Part shown: positions 1 through 14,000 of the stretch, one piece after another | Numbering within the stretch: position 1 is the stretch's first letter | Layout of the letters: every line of letters starts with the position of its first letter | Source of the DNA: Macrostomum lignano | Taxonomy: Eukaryota | Reading direction: 5' to 3' | Length of the DNA stretch: 64,000 bases | Assembly: GCA_002269645.1 (NCBI GenBank) | Contig: NIVC01003923.1 | Coordinates: 5,457-69,456, forward strand | Notes under the pieces: model-generated | What the model was told of the DNA's origin: nothing | The model's database searches: none | What the model saw: the letters and a program-made list of their open reading frames with translations, nothing else | Made by a program: the position numbers and the translations under genes

Positions 1-167
1 TGGAATCTATTGTTACATCCATTGTTCATTGATGAATTGATGAATTGTGACTAATGCACTGCCGTCTATTGAAGCTTGTACGAGTAACTTCACGCGACAG
101 TCAGAGCCTCACGTTTCATGCCCAAATTGGAGCCAAAGCGTCACTTAAGTTCTTCAAGTCAGTGTCA

Positions 168-868
168 AAGCGTCACTTCACTGCTTCAAACCCCCAGAGT
201 CAAATCGTCACTTCACTACTTCAAACCCCCACAGTCAAATCGTCACTTCACTACTTCAAACCCCCACAGTCAAATCGTCACTTTACTAGCTCGTACTTCA
301 AACCTCCAGAGTCAAATCGTCACTTTACTGCTTCAAACCCCCAGAGTCAAATCGTCACTTTACTGCTTCAAACCCCCAGAGTCAAATCGTCACTTTACTG
401 CTTCAAACCCCCAGAGTCAAATCGTCACTTTACTGCTTCAAACCCCCAGAGTCAAATCGTCACTTTACTGCTTCAAACCCCCAGAGTCAAATCGTCACTT
501 TACTGCTTCAAACCCCAGAGTCAAATCGTCACTTTACTGCTTCAAACCCCCAGAGTCAAATCGTCACTTTACTGCTTCAAACCCCCAGAGTCAAATCGTC
601 ACTTTACTGCTTCAAACCCCCAGAGTCAAATCGTCACTTTACTGCTTCAAACCCCCAGAGTCAAATCGTCACTTTACTGCTTCAAACCTCCAGAGTCAAA
701 TCGTCACTTTACTGCTTTAAACCTCCTGAGTCAAATCGTCACTTTACTGCTTCAAACCTCCAGAGTCAAATCGTCACTTTACTGCTTCAAACCTCCAGAG
801 TCAAATCGTCACTTCACTGCTTCAAACCTCCTGAGTCAAATCGTCACTTTACTGCTTCAAACCTCCTG
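168..868. repeat. 35-bp minisatellite
   Basis: (CACTTTACTGCTTCAAACCCCCAGAGTCAAATCGT)n, about 20 copies; explains ORFs 54-869 and 118-720. Confidence 0.95.
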
Positions 869-925
869 AATCAGAGTCGGTGCTCAAGGATCATAAGCTC
901 CCGCCCCATCCCCGATCCCCGTCAG

Positions 926-3900
926 TCTCATGCGAGCCCTGATGTCGCCGGACTTCAAGGCGCCGCAAATTCGCCTGGAGGCCATCACGGATGGCATTGA
1001 CATCAGCACATGGACAATCAACAGGTCAGGCCAGTCCGTCACCTTCAGCGTGTGGGACTTCGCCGGCCAGACGCTGTACTACAACACGCACCAGTTCTTC
1101 CTGACCGCCCGCGCCGTGTACCTGCTGGTGTGGAACATGCGGCTGGGCTTCGAGCACGCTGGCCTGGACTTCTGGATGAACAGCATCTCCTGCCACGCTC
1201 CCGGCGTGCCAATCTTTGTTGTGGGGACTCACTGCGACAAGGTGGCGAAGTTTGACATGCCAGTGCAGGATCTCAAGGATAAATATCCCGGAATTGTGGG
1301 ATTCTTCTCAGTCAGCTCAGCGAGCGGAGAGGTGAGGCGTGAGGGAAACTGAATGCTTCAGATGGTCCAGTGAGAACTACTAAAAAGCCTGTGAATTCAC
1401 TGAGAAGGTCTGCGAGTCCGGTAAAAGTCAGAGCGTCGTGTGGGAAGTTAGATTGTCCTGTACTGGGAGGTCAGATTGTCCAGTACTGGGAGGTCAGATT
1501 GTCCTATACTGGGAGGTTAGATTGTCCTGTACTGGGAGGTCAGATTGTCCTGTACTGGGAGGTCAGATTGTCCTGTACTGGGAGGTCAGATTGTCCTGTA
1601 CTGGGAGGTCAGATTGTCCTGTACTGGGAGGTCAGATTGTCCTGTACTGGGAGGTTAGATTGTCCTGTACTGGGAGGTCAGATTGTCCTGTACTGGGAGG
1701 TCAGAATGTACTGTACTAGGAGGTCAGAATGTACTGTACTGGGAGGTCAGATTGTCCTGTACTGGTAGGTCAGATTGTCCTGTACTGGGAGGTCAGATTG
1801 TCCTGTACTGGGAGGTCAGAATGTACTGTACTGGGAGGTCAGAATGTACTGTACTGGGAGGTCAGAATGTACTGTATATGCCAAGTGCTTTTTTACGCGT
1901 AGAAGAATTTTTGAAGCGACGCGGGTTGAAAGTGATTGACAACCTGATACTGTAAAGCAACAGGTGCATTGCACAGAATAGTGTTTTGCTTTCACCTTCG
2001 GCTTACCTGAAACTTCTTTCTATTGATTTTTTAAATTCAGTCTTCGATACCCTTTCTCTGAGAATGTAAAAATAGTTCGTGTCTGACCTGCGCCCTGCTC
2101 CGCTCCGGTTTCTCATTGTATTAAAAGCACTTGATTGATTGATTGATTGATTGCCTGCTTGGCGGCCGCTCCTCATCGACTCTCACGGCGCAGCAGGGGG
2201 GGGGGGAGTGCCGGCCCGCGGCTCCACTCCCGCTAATAACGCGGATTAACCCAGCACTGCACTAGCGGGCGGGAGTCGCCTTTTGGGCTCTTTGAAGTCG
2301 CAGCCTCCATCCGCTTAGGATGGAAGATTAAGGAGGCATCGGGGATGCGAATTTCCTCATATCATTCCGCGTTTCAAGGGCTGAGCGAATCTGCAATCCC
2401 ATTTAGATTTTCTTTGTCGCTCTCAGGGAGACTCTAAGACAGATGTGGAATTTGCGTGAACTCCGAGGATCCGGAATCTGGGAACCGGGATCTGGTTACC
2501 CGAGGCGCAACTTGAGAGCCTGCAGGGAGGGGGATCGGGCTAATGCATCATCTCTGATTGAAGGCCACTGCAAGGCGTGTGATCGTGCTATTTGATTTGC
2601 GAGTCGAGAGGAGGTCTGTTTAGAAATGCTAGCGCCAGCCGGTATTCACCAAAATTTCACGAGAATAATTTGGTGATATTCCGCAAAGCACATCAGCTAA
2701 ATATAGCTCGTAGGTATGAATTTATCTGATTTTAGCCTGAAATTGACAATATTTTGCCTTTTTGGACTTTCCAATTTGCAGATAAAGCAAGTATGGCTGT
2801 TGTCATTGCTGATGTAAAATTTATGGCAAATTTCTGATAGAGAGAAATCCAGCCAGCCCGAAATCGGACATCCAAACTTGCGCGCTGTCTATGGCCCAAC
2901 CTGCCTTTACTCTGTAGGATTCCAACATTGGATGTTTTCTTGTAAAAAACTGGAATCTTTTCAGTACTTTCAAACTTTCTAGCTTAGCAAAACAAAAGCA
3001 ATAATAAAAACGATCGGCTGCCTTTAAACCGTGTTGAAAAGCAAAAAAAAAACAAAAATTGATGCAGAGCTCCGGAGTCGACTTTCACAGAATTGACAGC
3101 TTCAACAAATTTGAAATATGGGTTCATTTTCAATGGGATTTATTATGAGAGTTGCGCGAGAAATTTGTTGAGAAATCTGCTGATCCTCTCCATTCTCTAC
3201 AGCCGTTTAATCAGCGGAAGCAGGTTTCGCAATTAATTAAATTGCAGGCAAGACAAGAAGCATTATTTTACAAATCCAATTCCGCGAATTCCAGTTTACA
3301 TTTCCCTCATCAGGAGGCTGCAGTCTACTGGAGTTTACGAGCGTACGCCAGTCAGTAGTGTCAGTGACGTTATCAGAGAGATTAGGATTAGACAGAGATT
3401 GCTCTGGTAAGTGGATCTAAGAGATTATATGGATTAGAGAGAGATTATATGGATTAGAGAGAGATTAGATGGATTAGGGAGAGATTAGATAAATAAGAGA
3501 GAGATTAGATAGATTAGAGCGGGGTTAGATGGATTGGATAGATGAGAAAATAATAAGAGAGATTATATGGATTAGAGAGAGATTAAATGGACGAGAGAGA
3601 GATTCGGTGGATTAGAAAGAGATTAGATGGATGAGAGATAGAGAGATTCGGCCGATTAGAACGAGATCAGATGGATTAGAGAGAGATAGAGAGAGAGATT
3701 CGGCGAATTCGAGAAAGATTAGACGGATGAGAGATAGAGAGATTCGGTGGATTAGAGAGAGATTCGGCGGATTAGAACGAGATTAGATGGATTAAAGAGA
3801 GATTAGATGGATGAATTAGAGAGAGATTCGGTGGATTGTAACGAGATTAGGTGGATTAGAGAGAGACCGGACGGAATAGATGGATCAGACAGTAATGAGA

Positions 3901-5017
3901 GAGATTAGGGGCAGTGCATGGATACTTTAGTGGGTTCAAAGCGGCTGAGAGAGGCCATCAAATGCCTGAGGAGGCTGCTGATTGCTCCCTGCTTGCTTGG
4001 ACTGGCTAAAAGAAGCAGACAGGCCAAGATTGTAGCAATATTGAGCGATCAGCTCTGCCTTCAACAGCTTCTGCCTGCTTCATCTGGCCTAGAAAAAAGC
4101 CAAATCGGCCTCCTCGAGCAGAGTCTAAATTTAACTTTAGCACGAGAGCCAACCCCCCCCCCCAAGTTGCGTTTTATTAAAAACATCAATCTGGTTTACT
4201 TCAGCCAAGCTGCTGTGCATCCAGTTCTCAGTTTCTGCTCACAGGTGAACAGGACTTAAGATATTCTCACATTCATTTCCAACATTGAAAATCCGCTGAA
4301 AAAATGTCTGAAAAAGACACGACAAAATGACATTTGAGGAAAGAAAGAAAGTTTCAAGCGCAATAAACTTCTACTGCAAGCAGACCTCTAGCTTGGATTG
4401 TACGCGGTTGCTGAGCACTTGAATTCGCGTCTAACTGGGCCGGGTGCAACTCGGTCAATCTCCGATATGTATCGAAAACAATCGAAAACTAAGAGTCCGA
4501 TTGGGAGGAGAGCGGGAAAAAGGGGAAGAGTGAGGATGACCGGGAGGGAGACGGGGAGAGGGGGAGAGGAGAGGGAAGGAGAGGGAGAGAGAGGAAAGTG
4601 AATGAAGAGCTTCCACCGTGACATCAATAAAGTTGCCACTAAGCAGGCAGCCCGGAGACTATATTTGCACTCAGTTGTACCTTCGGCCCGGCCGCACTAT
4701 CGCAGTCGTGGCCAACCCATCAAATTTTTCTTTTTCTGTCTGAGCGACTGATGGGAGGCCTCCCCGCTCTCATCACACGCGGCGCGGCGAAGGACAGTCG
4801 CTCAAGCCAGCTGGGCCGCGAATTCCGTCAAAGTGTCCCCGATTGTCCCCTCATGAATAAAACATCGGCGCAGACTCGAGTAAAAACGCTCAAACGACGA
4901 GTCGAGTCGCTGGGCGCCAGATCTCCGTCAGTAATTCCTACTTTCTCGCTACGGCCCAGACAGTCGTTGTGAGGATAAAACTGGAGCTGGCGATGAAGAT
5001 TTGAGCCGGACCGACTC

Positions 5018-5052
<35 letters not shown>

Positions 5053-8000
5053 AACTCTCCTCTGAATCCCTGGAGGCAGCGAGATTGTAATCGGCTCTTT
5101 GATGAAGGCAAATATTTGCGCGGCGGAATTGCAAATGTGCCGCTCGGGTTTCGGGGGGGGGGCAATCGCGGGGTCCGCCAGGAGGGCAGGGGAGCGGACA
5201 GGCCCAGACAGACGCCCCAGAGCGATAGCTCAGGAGTTCAAAGTCTTTCGAGAGTCGGCGAACGAAAACTGACCTCGGGCAATTAGATAGTTGTGGACAA
5301 AATACGCGAAATTCGATTCTTTCAAATTCGCGACTTAATCCGCTTATTAACAGGGAGTTGAGCAGCTGCTCAAGCAGATTCTGGAGACAACCCTGAGCCA
5401 GCCATACATTGGCGAGCACGTGCCAGAGGCTTGGCTTAACTTTGAGAAGGCGATTATCAGGTAAGTGGCTAATTGGCGAGTGCTATTTCTGACCGTCATG
5501 TCCTCCGAATGAAAAGCACACATTTTTCATCCTTCAGCAACCGGAGCTCGAACAGTCTGCTCAAGTGGAGCGAAGTGATGCAGCTTGGCAAGAAGACTGG
5601 AATTTACGGCGAAGAGGTGCAATTTTATGCTTGCTTGAACTGCGGAATTAGCAGCAGGATTAACAGCAGGATTAGCAGCAGGATTAACAGCAGGGTTAGC
5701 AGCAGGATTAACAGCGGTATTAACAGCAGGATTAACAGCAGGATTAACAGCGGAATTAGCAGCAGGATTAACAGCGGTATTAACAGCCGGATTAACAGCA
5801 GGATTAACAGCGGAATTAGCAGCAGGATTAACAGCCGGATTAGCAGCAGGATTAACAGCAGGGTTAGCAGCAGGATTAACAGCAGGGTTAGCAGCAGGAT
5901 TAACAGCAGGGTTAGCAGCAGGATTAACAGCAGGATTAGCAGCAGGATTAACAGCAGGGTTAGCAGCAGGATTAACAGCAGGGTTAGCAGCAGGATTAAC
6001 AGCAAGGTTAGCAGCAGGATTAACAGCAGGGTTAGCAGCAGGATTAACAGCAGGATTAACAGCAGGATTAACAGCAGGGTTAGCAGCAGGATTAACAGCA
6101 GGATTAGCAGCAGGATTAACAGCCGGATTAACAGCCGGATTAACAGCAGGATTAACAGCAGGGTTAGCAGCAGGATTAGCAGCAGGATTAACAGCCGGAT
6201 TAACAGCCGGATTAACAGCAGGATTAACAGCAGGGTTAGCAGCAGGATTAACAGCAGGATTAGCAGCAGGATTAACAGCAGGGTTAGCAGCAGGATTAAC
6301 AGCAGGGTTAGCAGCAGGATTAACAGCGGTATTAACAGCAGGATTAACAGCAGGATTAACAGTGGGATTGATAGCGGGATTAATTCTTCCAATTCCGGCA
6401 GGTGCCGCAAGCTGTGCAGTTTCTTCACGACATGGGCAGTCTGCAGCACTTCGACTCTGACTTGCTGTACGACATTGTCATCATCAATCCGCAGTGGCTG
6501 GTGGACGTGATGGCTTGCGTTGTCACCGTGCACAATCACGTGATCAAGGTAGGCTGGTGCGCGTATCTTCAATGGGGTGGGGGGGGGAAGATGAGGCCTG
6601 CCACAAATCAAGGGAAAGAGTAGTCGTTGGCCACTGAGCACAAAACCGAGTAGCTGTTGACCATTGAGCACAAAGTCGAGTAGCTGTTGAGCCTTGAGCA
6701 CAAAGTCGAGTAGCTGTTGACCATTGAGCACAAAACCGAGTAGCTGTTGAGCCTTGAGCACAAAACCGAGTAGCTGTTGTCCATTGAGCACAAAGTCGAG
6801 TAGCTGTTGACCATTGAGCACAAAACCGAGTAGCTGTTGTCCATTGAGCACAAAGTCGAGTAGCTGTTGACCATTGAGCACAAAGTCGAGTAGCTGTTGA
6901 CCATTGAGCACAAAGTCGAGTAGCTGTTGACCATTGAGCACAAAACCGAGTAGCTGTTGACCATTGAGCACAAAGTCGAGTAGCTGTTGACCATTGAGCA
7001 CAAAGTCGAGTAGCTGTTGACCATTGAGCACAAAACCGAGTAGCTGTTGACCATTGAGCACAAAGTCGAGTAGCTGTTGACCATTGAGCACAAAACCGAG
7101 TAGCTGTTGACCATTGAGCACAAAACCGAGTAGCTGTTGACCATTGAGCACAAAGTCGAGTAGCTGTTGACACTCACTCAGGATGCACAGCGGCCCTGAT
7201 TGTCTGATGGTCGGGCGTGTACGTAAATACTGTGAATTTCACGAAAAGCATTTTGTTCATGGGATCGAACTTCTATAAGTTGGGGCGGTCTTGAGGCACC
7301 TGTTCAGCATAGAGGAAATTGAGTCTGGGAGCGGCGACCGTGGGAACAGGGAGCAGCGCGGGCTCCCCAACTGGATGTCAAACAAACCTCCGGACTTTCT
7401 CCTCTCATTTCACTTCCCTCATCCGTGCCCTCCCTGCCTTTTTAGTCCCGTAAGCGCTTTGGTTTTGGAATTTCAAGCAGCTGGCCTGATGTTGATTCCA
7501 GGTTAGACTCAAGGAAGCGGCGCCCTTCTCCCCCCAAGCCCCTTTCTCCTGTCATATCCGTTCTCCGGATTTCTGAACTCAGAAGACTGCGTTTGAATTG
7601 ACGCGAAAAGCGCCACTCCAAGCGAATTCTCCAATTCTCTCCCTTATTCAAACAGTATTGGAATATCAGTGGAGAAAAGTGCGTTTCGCCTTTGGTAACA
7701 TCTTCCCACTACAGGCGAGAAATGAGCTGGCCCAATTGGGCCAGATGTGCAACCGACAGCTCAGCCGCAGCTATTGCGCGGCGCATCTGAAAGCTGCATA
7801 CGGTTGTTCAGTCAAAGGACTGGGGGTTGCCGCACACACCTTATGTAATGCTGGCACCCATTTTACAGTTGGGTGAACTGAAGCAATGCAGAGTAAAAGT
7901 GTCTTGCTCAAGGACACAAATTGTTCCAATGGGATCGGGAATCGAACCCCCAACCTTCTAGTTGCGAGTCCGACGCTCTAACCTCTAGGCTACAGCAATG

Positions 8001-11000
8001 AGGACATACAAGCGCGTCAATGCCTGGCCGGGTACGGGGATCCAACCTACACCTACACCTACACCAACCCGCAGGAGGGCCGGTTCAAGCACGAAGACAT
8101 CCACACTATCTGGAAGGACTACCCGGCCCAGCTCCACGATTGGCTCCTCACCCTGACGGAGACTTTCGACTTGACTTTCCCGCTCACCGACTCCGGTGTC
8201 AGCGTTGTGCCCTGCCTTCTGCCGCAGAAGAAGCCCCAGTTCGATTGGGACGACGTCACCGCGCTCGGCGACATCCAGGAGGCCAAGATGAAGTACACCT
8301 TCGACTACCTGCCGGCTGGTCTGTTCAACAGGGCCCAGGTGCGATTGTGCCAGTTCTCCGACGACCTGGTGATCTGGCAGCGGGGATCCCTGCTGTGCAA
8401 GGGCGACCACCGGGCCCTCATGGTCAAGAAGGGGTGCGTCTGGGTGCCCAATACCAGCCTGCTGCCTTTTTGTTGCGAGAGAAAATTATCAAAAATATTT
8501 TCCCTCATCGCCCGTTTTTCATTTCACAGGGAACGCACAGTGATAGTGAAGGTGCAGGGCTCATCTCCCGAGAACATGCTGATGCTGATACACGAAGTGT
8601 TTGAAGGCCTCATCGCCGAGGCGTTCGGCGGGGTCTCCTACGTGTACGAGGTGCCGTGCATTGACTGCGTCAGACAGGTGAGCGAATGCCGTAGCATGCC
8701 GGCACGCTTGGGTTAAACTGATCAACCTGTGTGCTTTTTTAATTTCAGAAAATCCAAGAGCCGGCCATGTTCAGCAGCCAGGTGCTGCGCAGGGCCATCG
8801 AGATGCGGGCCTTGTTTCTCCAGTGCCATTCCATGTTCCACTGCGTGCCGATTCCCACTCTGCAAGGTACCGGGAGCTTTTTTGTCACTTTTTCTTGTAC
8901 TATACTGGTTTAAAAATATCCACAAGTCTAACAAAGCTTTGCTATCAAGCACTAGTTGCTAGGCGCTGTGCAGTGGGCACAGACGGACTGCATAGGTACA
9001 GTCGCGCTTCTATCATGCGACGAACGAAATAACGAAGCAAGCATCCTAACTGGAGTTTTCGGTGCATCAAAACTCAAGCAGGTGCAACAAGCAACAGAGC
9101 AAATATGCGTAAACACTAATTATCATTCAGTTGCAAAACCGCCCGATCTCTTGCAATTTGAGCTTTATAGAGGCTCAGCAATGGGGCTGGACAACCGTCA
9201 GACACTCAGTCCACAGTGCACACAGAGGCTCAGCAATGGGGCTGGACAACCGTCAGACACTCAGTCCACAGTGCACACAGAGGCTCAGCATTGGGGCTGG
9301 ACAACCGTCAGACAGTCAGTCCACAGTGCACACAGATACTCAGCATTGGGGCTGGACAACCGTCAGACAGTCAGTCCACAGTGCACACAGATACTCAGCA
9401 TTGGGGCTGGACAACCGTCAGACACTCAGTCCACAGTGCACACAGATACTCAGCATTGGGGCTGGACAACCGTCAGACAGTCAGTCCACAGTGCACACAG
9501 ATACTCAGCATTGGGGCTGGACAACCGTCAGACAGTCAGTCCACAATGCACACAGATACTCAGCATTGGGGCTGGACAACCGTCAGACAGTCAGTCCACA
9601 GTGTACACAGAGGCTCAGCATTGGGGCTGGACAACCGTCAGACAGTCAGTCCACAGTGCACACAGATACTCAGCATTGGGGCTGGACAACCGTCAGACAC
9701 TCAGTCCACAGTGCACACAGATACTCAGCATTGGGGCTGGACAACCGTCAGACAGTCAGTCCACGGTGCACACAGATACTCAGCATTGGGGCTGGACAAC
9801 CGTCAGACAGTCAGTCCACAGTGCACACAGAGGCTCAGCATTGGGGCTGGACAACCGTCAGACACTCAGTCCACAGTGCACACAGAGGGGCTGGACACCC
9901 ATGAGTGACAGGCAGAAACTTCAGCAGGATTATGCTGACCGTAGGGAATAGAAGGCCATAATTGAATAAGGCAAGCAGCTCAGATGCGTCAGTCATGTAG
10001 AATAGCCTGGCATCGCTCCACAAAGCGACAGGCACATGGCTCAGCGACTATCTAATAACAGTCTGCGGGGCAGCTGGGGGAAACGCACGGGAAAGCCGAT
10101 CGCCAATTTCAGGAAGCGGCGCAGAGGCGGACTTATGTAGCCAGGCTTAATGAATAGTAGAAAGTGGGGCGAGGCAAAAACGGTTTAACCTTCTGCCTCG
10201 TTGCACGCTAAACTCATTCGCCCTCCTCGCCCTCCTCACTCCCGTCTCCCAGCTGTGATGCCGCCCGAATCGCCCGCCGACTTTGAGCTGCACTTTGAGC
10301 GCTCAGTGAACGACCTGTCAGCGGCCCGGCTGGACCTCGTGCACGACGTCACCCTCATCTTCTGCTGCGCCAACAAGAGCGGCGGCGGCGGGGACATCAT
10401 AGAGAAGATCCAGGCTGGCTTGGAGACTGCCGGCTTATCTGTGTGAGTATAGCAAGCGGCAGAGTTGAAGCTGCCAACTTATCTGTGTGAGTATAGCAAG
10501 CGGCAGAGTTGAAGATACTGCCGGCTTATCTGTGTGAGTATAGCAAGCGGCAGAGTTGAAGATACTGCCGGCTTATCTGTGTGAGTATAGCAAGCGGCAG
10601 AGTTGAAGATACTGCCGGCTTATCTGTGTGAGTATAGCAAGCGGCAGAGTTGAAGATACTGCCGGCTTATCTGTGTGAGTATAGCAAGCGGCAGAGTTGA
10701 AGATACTTCCGGCTTATCTGTGTGAGTATAGCAAGCGGCAGAGTTGAAGATACTGCCGGCTTATCTGTGTGAGTATAGCAAGCGGCAGAGTTGAAGCTGC
10801 CAGCTTATCTGTGTGAGTATAGCAAGCGGCAGAGTTGAAGATACTGCCGGCTTATCTGTGTGAGTATAGCAAGCGGCAGAGTTGAAGCTGCCGGCTTATC
10901 TGTGTGAGTATAGCAAGCGGCAGAGTTGAAGCTGCCGGCTTATCTGTGTGAGTATAGCAAGCGGCAGAGTTGAAGCTGCCGGCTTATCTGTGTGAGTATA

Positions 11001-14000
11001 GCAAGCGGCAGAGTTGAAGCTGCCAGCTTATGTGTGTGAGTATAGCAAGCGGCAGAGTTGAAGCTGCCAGCTTATCTGTGTGAGTATAGCAAGCGGCAGA
11101 GTTGAAGATACTGCCGGCTTATCTGTGTGAGTATAGCAAGCGGCAGAGTTGAAGATACTGCCGGCTTATCTGTGTGAGTATAGCAAGCGGCAGAGTTGAA
11201 GATACTGCCAGCTTATCTGTGTGAGTATAGCAAGCGGCAGAGTTGAAGCCGCCAGCTTATCTGTGTGAGTATAGCAAGCGGCAGAGTTGAAGATACTGCC
11301 GGCTTATCTGTGTGAGTATAGCAAGCGGCAGAGTTGAAGAGTCTGCAGTCTCTAATGATGCCGATGATGGACTGACCCTGGCCGGATGCTGAGTGGCCGG
11401 GGCCTGAAATAATGAAGCTTGGAGTAGAAGAGATTCAAGGTGCTTCTTTAATCAGTGCTGGGCGTAGCCACCCGTAGCCAGGCCGCATCCCCGAGACCGG
11501 CTATTTTCTGTCGTCAGGATTAAAAATGAGGCCCCGCATTTTCCAAGCCCGCCAAGACAACCGCGGGAAAATCCGACTCTTTCGTTCCTCTCTGGCCTCG
11601 ACTGCTTTTTTAAGTACAAGCTAGTTTACAACAATGCGGTTGGACACCTCAGTGGCAGACTCTTATAGGCATCAAGATAGCGACATGGAGCCCGATGCAG
11701 CACTAGTGTACTTTTAGCACCAGTGCTGATTTTGCTTCCCCGCCGCCCCGACACCGAGCAGGCAGTGCGTGTCGGACGAAGCAACATCCGAAGAGCGCAG
11801 CCTGTCGGACAGCATGGCCCTGCTGCAGCAGTCAGGCTGCTGCCTGTGCCTCATATCCAACGAGTTCGTGCTGTCGGAAACCTGCGCTCAGTACCTGTCG
11901 CTGGCTACTGAGCACCTGAAGAAGCCGCTAGTGCTTGGCCTGGTCGGCAGCGGCAAGGACTGGCAGCAGACAGCGCTGGGCGCCCGCCTGTCCGGTCTGG
12001 TGTACATCAACTTCCAGCGCGAGGCCCAGTTCGACGCCAAGCTGGCCGAGGCGGTGGCCGCCGTCAGGGAGAAGAGCGGCGCCGGCAAGCGAGAGGTGAG
12101 CCGGGCGATTTCAACTGATCACTCGTTGAATTGCCTGCCTGATTTCCTGCAACCATGTGCGAGTGTGTTGTGTTTGCCGCGTCTGACTCTCTTGTGAATG
12201 TTCTTTGCTAAGCATAACTGCAACTCGCCAACTATGAAATGGTGCGTGCAGAAGATTGCCAGCTTTTTTTATGTGTCAGCGCCAGCTGCCTCAGGCTTGC
12301 ATGAGCAGCATAGTACTTCGCGGGCAACCGGAATCCCACAAATCCCCCCAATCTCGGGGAGAATCCGCCGACCAGACGGCGGAGACAGGCGAGCTTAGCG
12401 CAGCCTCTCAGACCGATCCTTCAGCTGGGACGAAACAAAAGCGCTCGTAAAATCAGCCATGTTTGTCGGACAGCTCTGGCGCAGCTGGGGCATCCCTGCT
12501 GGCCCGGCAGGCTCTCATTAGCCTTTTAGCGGCAGTAACAAGCCGCTGAGCTTAGCAGAGTTCGGGCGGTTGCGGCTTGGCAGTCCGGATATGCGATAGC
12601 CTGTAATAAGCGCGAGTAAAAATCTGAGAACGTCAGGCGTAGGATGAGAATTAACACTGCAGTGTATTCTTCTGCTGTCGCAGTACAAAGGATCTTCTGT
12701 CTTTAATGAGGGAAGCCGACCCTAAAGTCAGGCCTTCTTACCAGAATAGAGCATGGTTGCTGTTTTTTTAACAGAAAAGACAAAACTTATTGTCAAATGA
12801 CGCGCGCGGGAAACGACAAATGAGCACAACATATAGTAAAAGTGATCAAATCGCGGTTATCAAACAAGGGAAATGGGTGAACTAGTAAGAATAATAATCA
12901 GTTTCAAAACTTGCAATCAAAAAGGAACGATGCGGACTTGGGAGCTACGCTAGATGAAGCAATCCACTATTTATTATTGACAATGATGAGCACAACAAAT
13001 ACAGTTAAGAAATTTGCTTTGATTGTCCAATGCAGGGCAACTCAGACGCCTGCTTTTGCTACAGAAGATTCAGTGACTTCAGATTCGGCAAGATTCGCTT
13101 CTCCGGCTCGGCTCAGTCAGCACCGCCTGGGTGCCACTTCAGCGGAGCCAGAGCGGCATCCTCGATATGCGATGGGGCAGCGGTGGCCGCCGCCGCGGCC
13201 TCCGCCCGCCTCAGCGCGTTGGCCTCCCTGCTCAGCATGCTGTAGTTGTTGTTCTGCAGGTGGTTGTTGTTGTAGTTGTAGTTGTTGCTGCGGCCCTGGC
13301 GTCTGTCTGGCAGGTGCAGCATCTGCCTCACCGTCTCCCTGAAGGTGTTGCTGGTGCTGCTGTAGATGATGAAGTTGGTGAAGCTGTCCGCGCTCAACAG
13401 GATGTTGGCCAAGAAGGTGGTGTGCATGCGGATCTGGTTGAAGCCTCGCATCGAGGCGAAGATGGTCTGGTTCAGAATGAAGAACAGAAAGGTCGGCAGC
13501 TCGCAGATGATGAACGAGAACATCAGAATCATGACGGTCTTGGTCGCCGCGTCCTGGCTGCGGCTGCCGCTGCCGCTGGCACCGCCGCCGCCGCGGCCAC
13601 TGCCGCTTCCAGCGCTGCCGCCGCTGTTCTGCTGCAGCAGTCGGCGCCTGCGCAGGATGAAGATGATCACCAGCGACAGGCCGCTGATGAGGAATATCGG
13701 GGCGATGGTCTGCAGCGGGAACACCAGCAGAGTTTTGTAGTGCCTGTAGGACGGATTCTTGTCCAGGATGTGGTGCGTAGCCGTTGTCAGGCTGTAGACG
13801 GTTGTCTCGGTTGAGTTGTTCTCAGCCGGGTACTCGCAAATTGTCCAGGTGAACTCAAACAGCCGGGGCGCGCACACCAGCAGCGACAGGATGAGCGTCA
13901 GGGCGTAGCAGGCCTGGCTGCGCCTGTGGCTGAACAGCTGGCCACGCCGGGTGCTGAACGGGTTGCTGACCACCTCGCAGCGGCTGCCGGCGATCATCAC

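Noticed and set aside
4741-4806. 10-bp perfect inverted repeat TGAGCGACTG/CAGTCGCTCA enclosing a GC-rich loop
   Set aside because: Single instance, no ribozyme or ncRNA motif recognised.
54-7177. Long ORFs such as 54-869, 5473-6510, 5625-7151 and 6544-7177
   Set aside because: They are translations of stop-free intronic minisatellites; the real exons are the short GC-rich segments between them.
8434-8529. 96-nt in-frame, stop-free intron (possible retained intron adding 32 aa to COR)
   Set aside because: Expected by chance among many short introns; splice sites are good and the insert is not protein-like.
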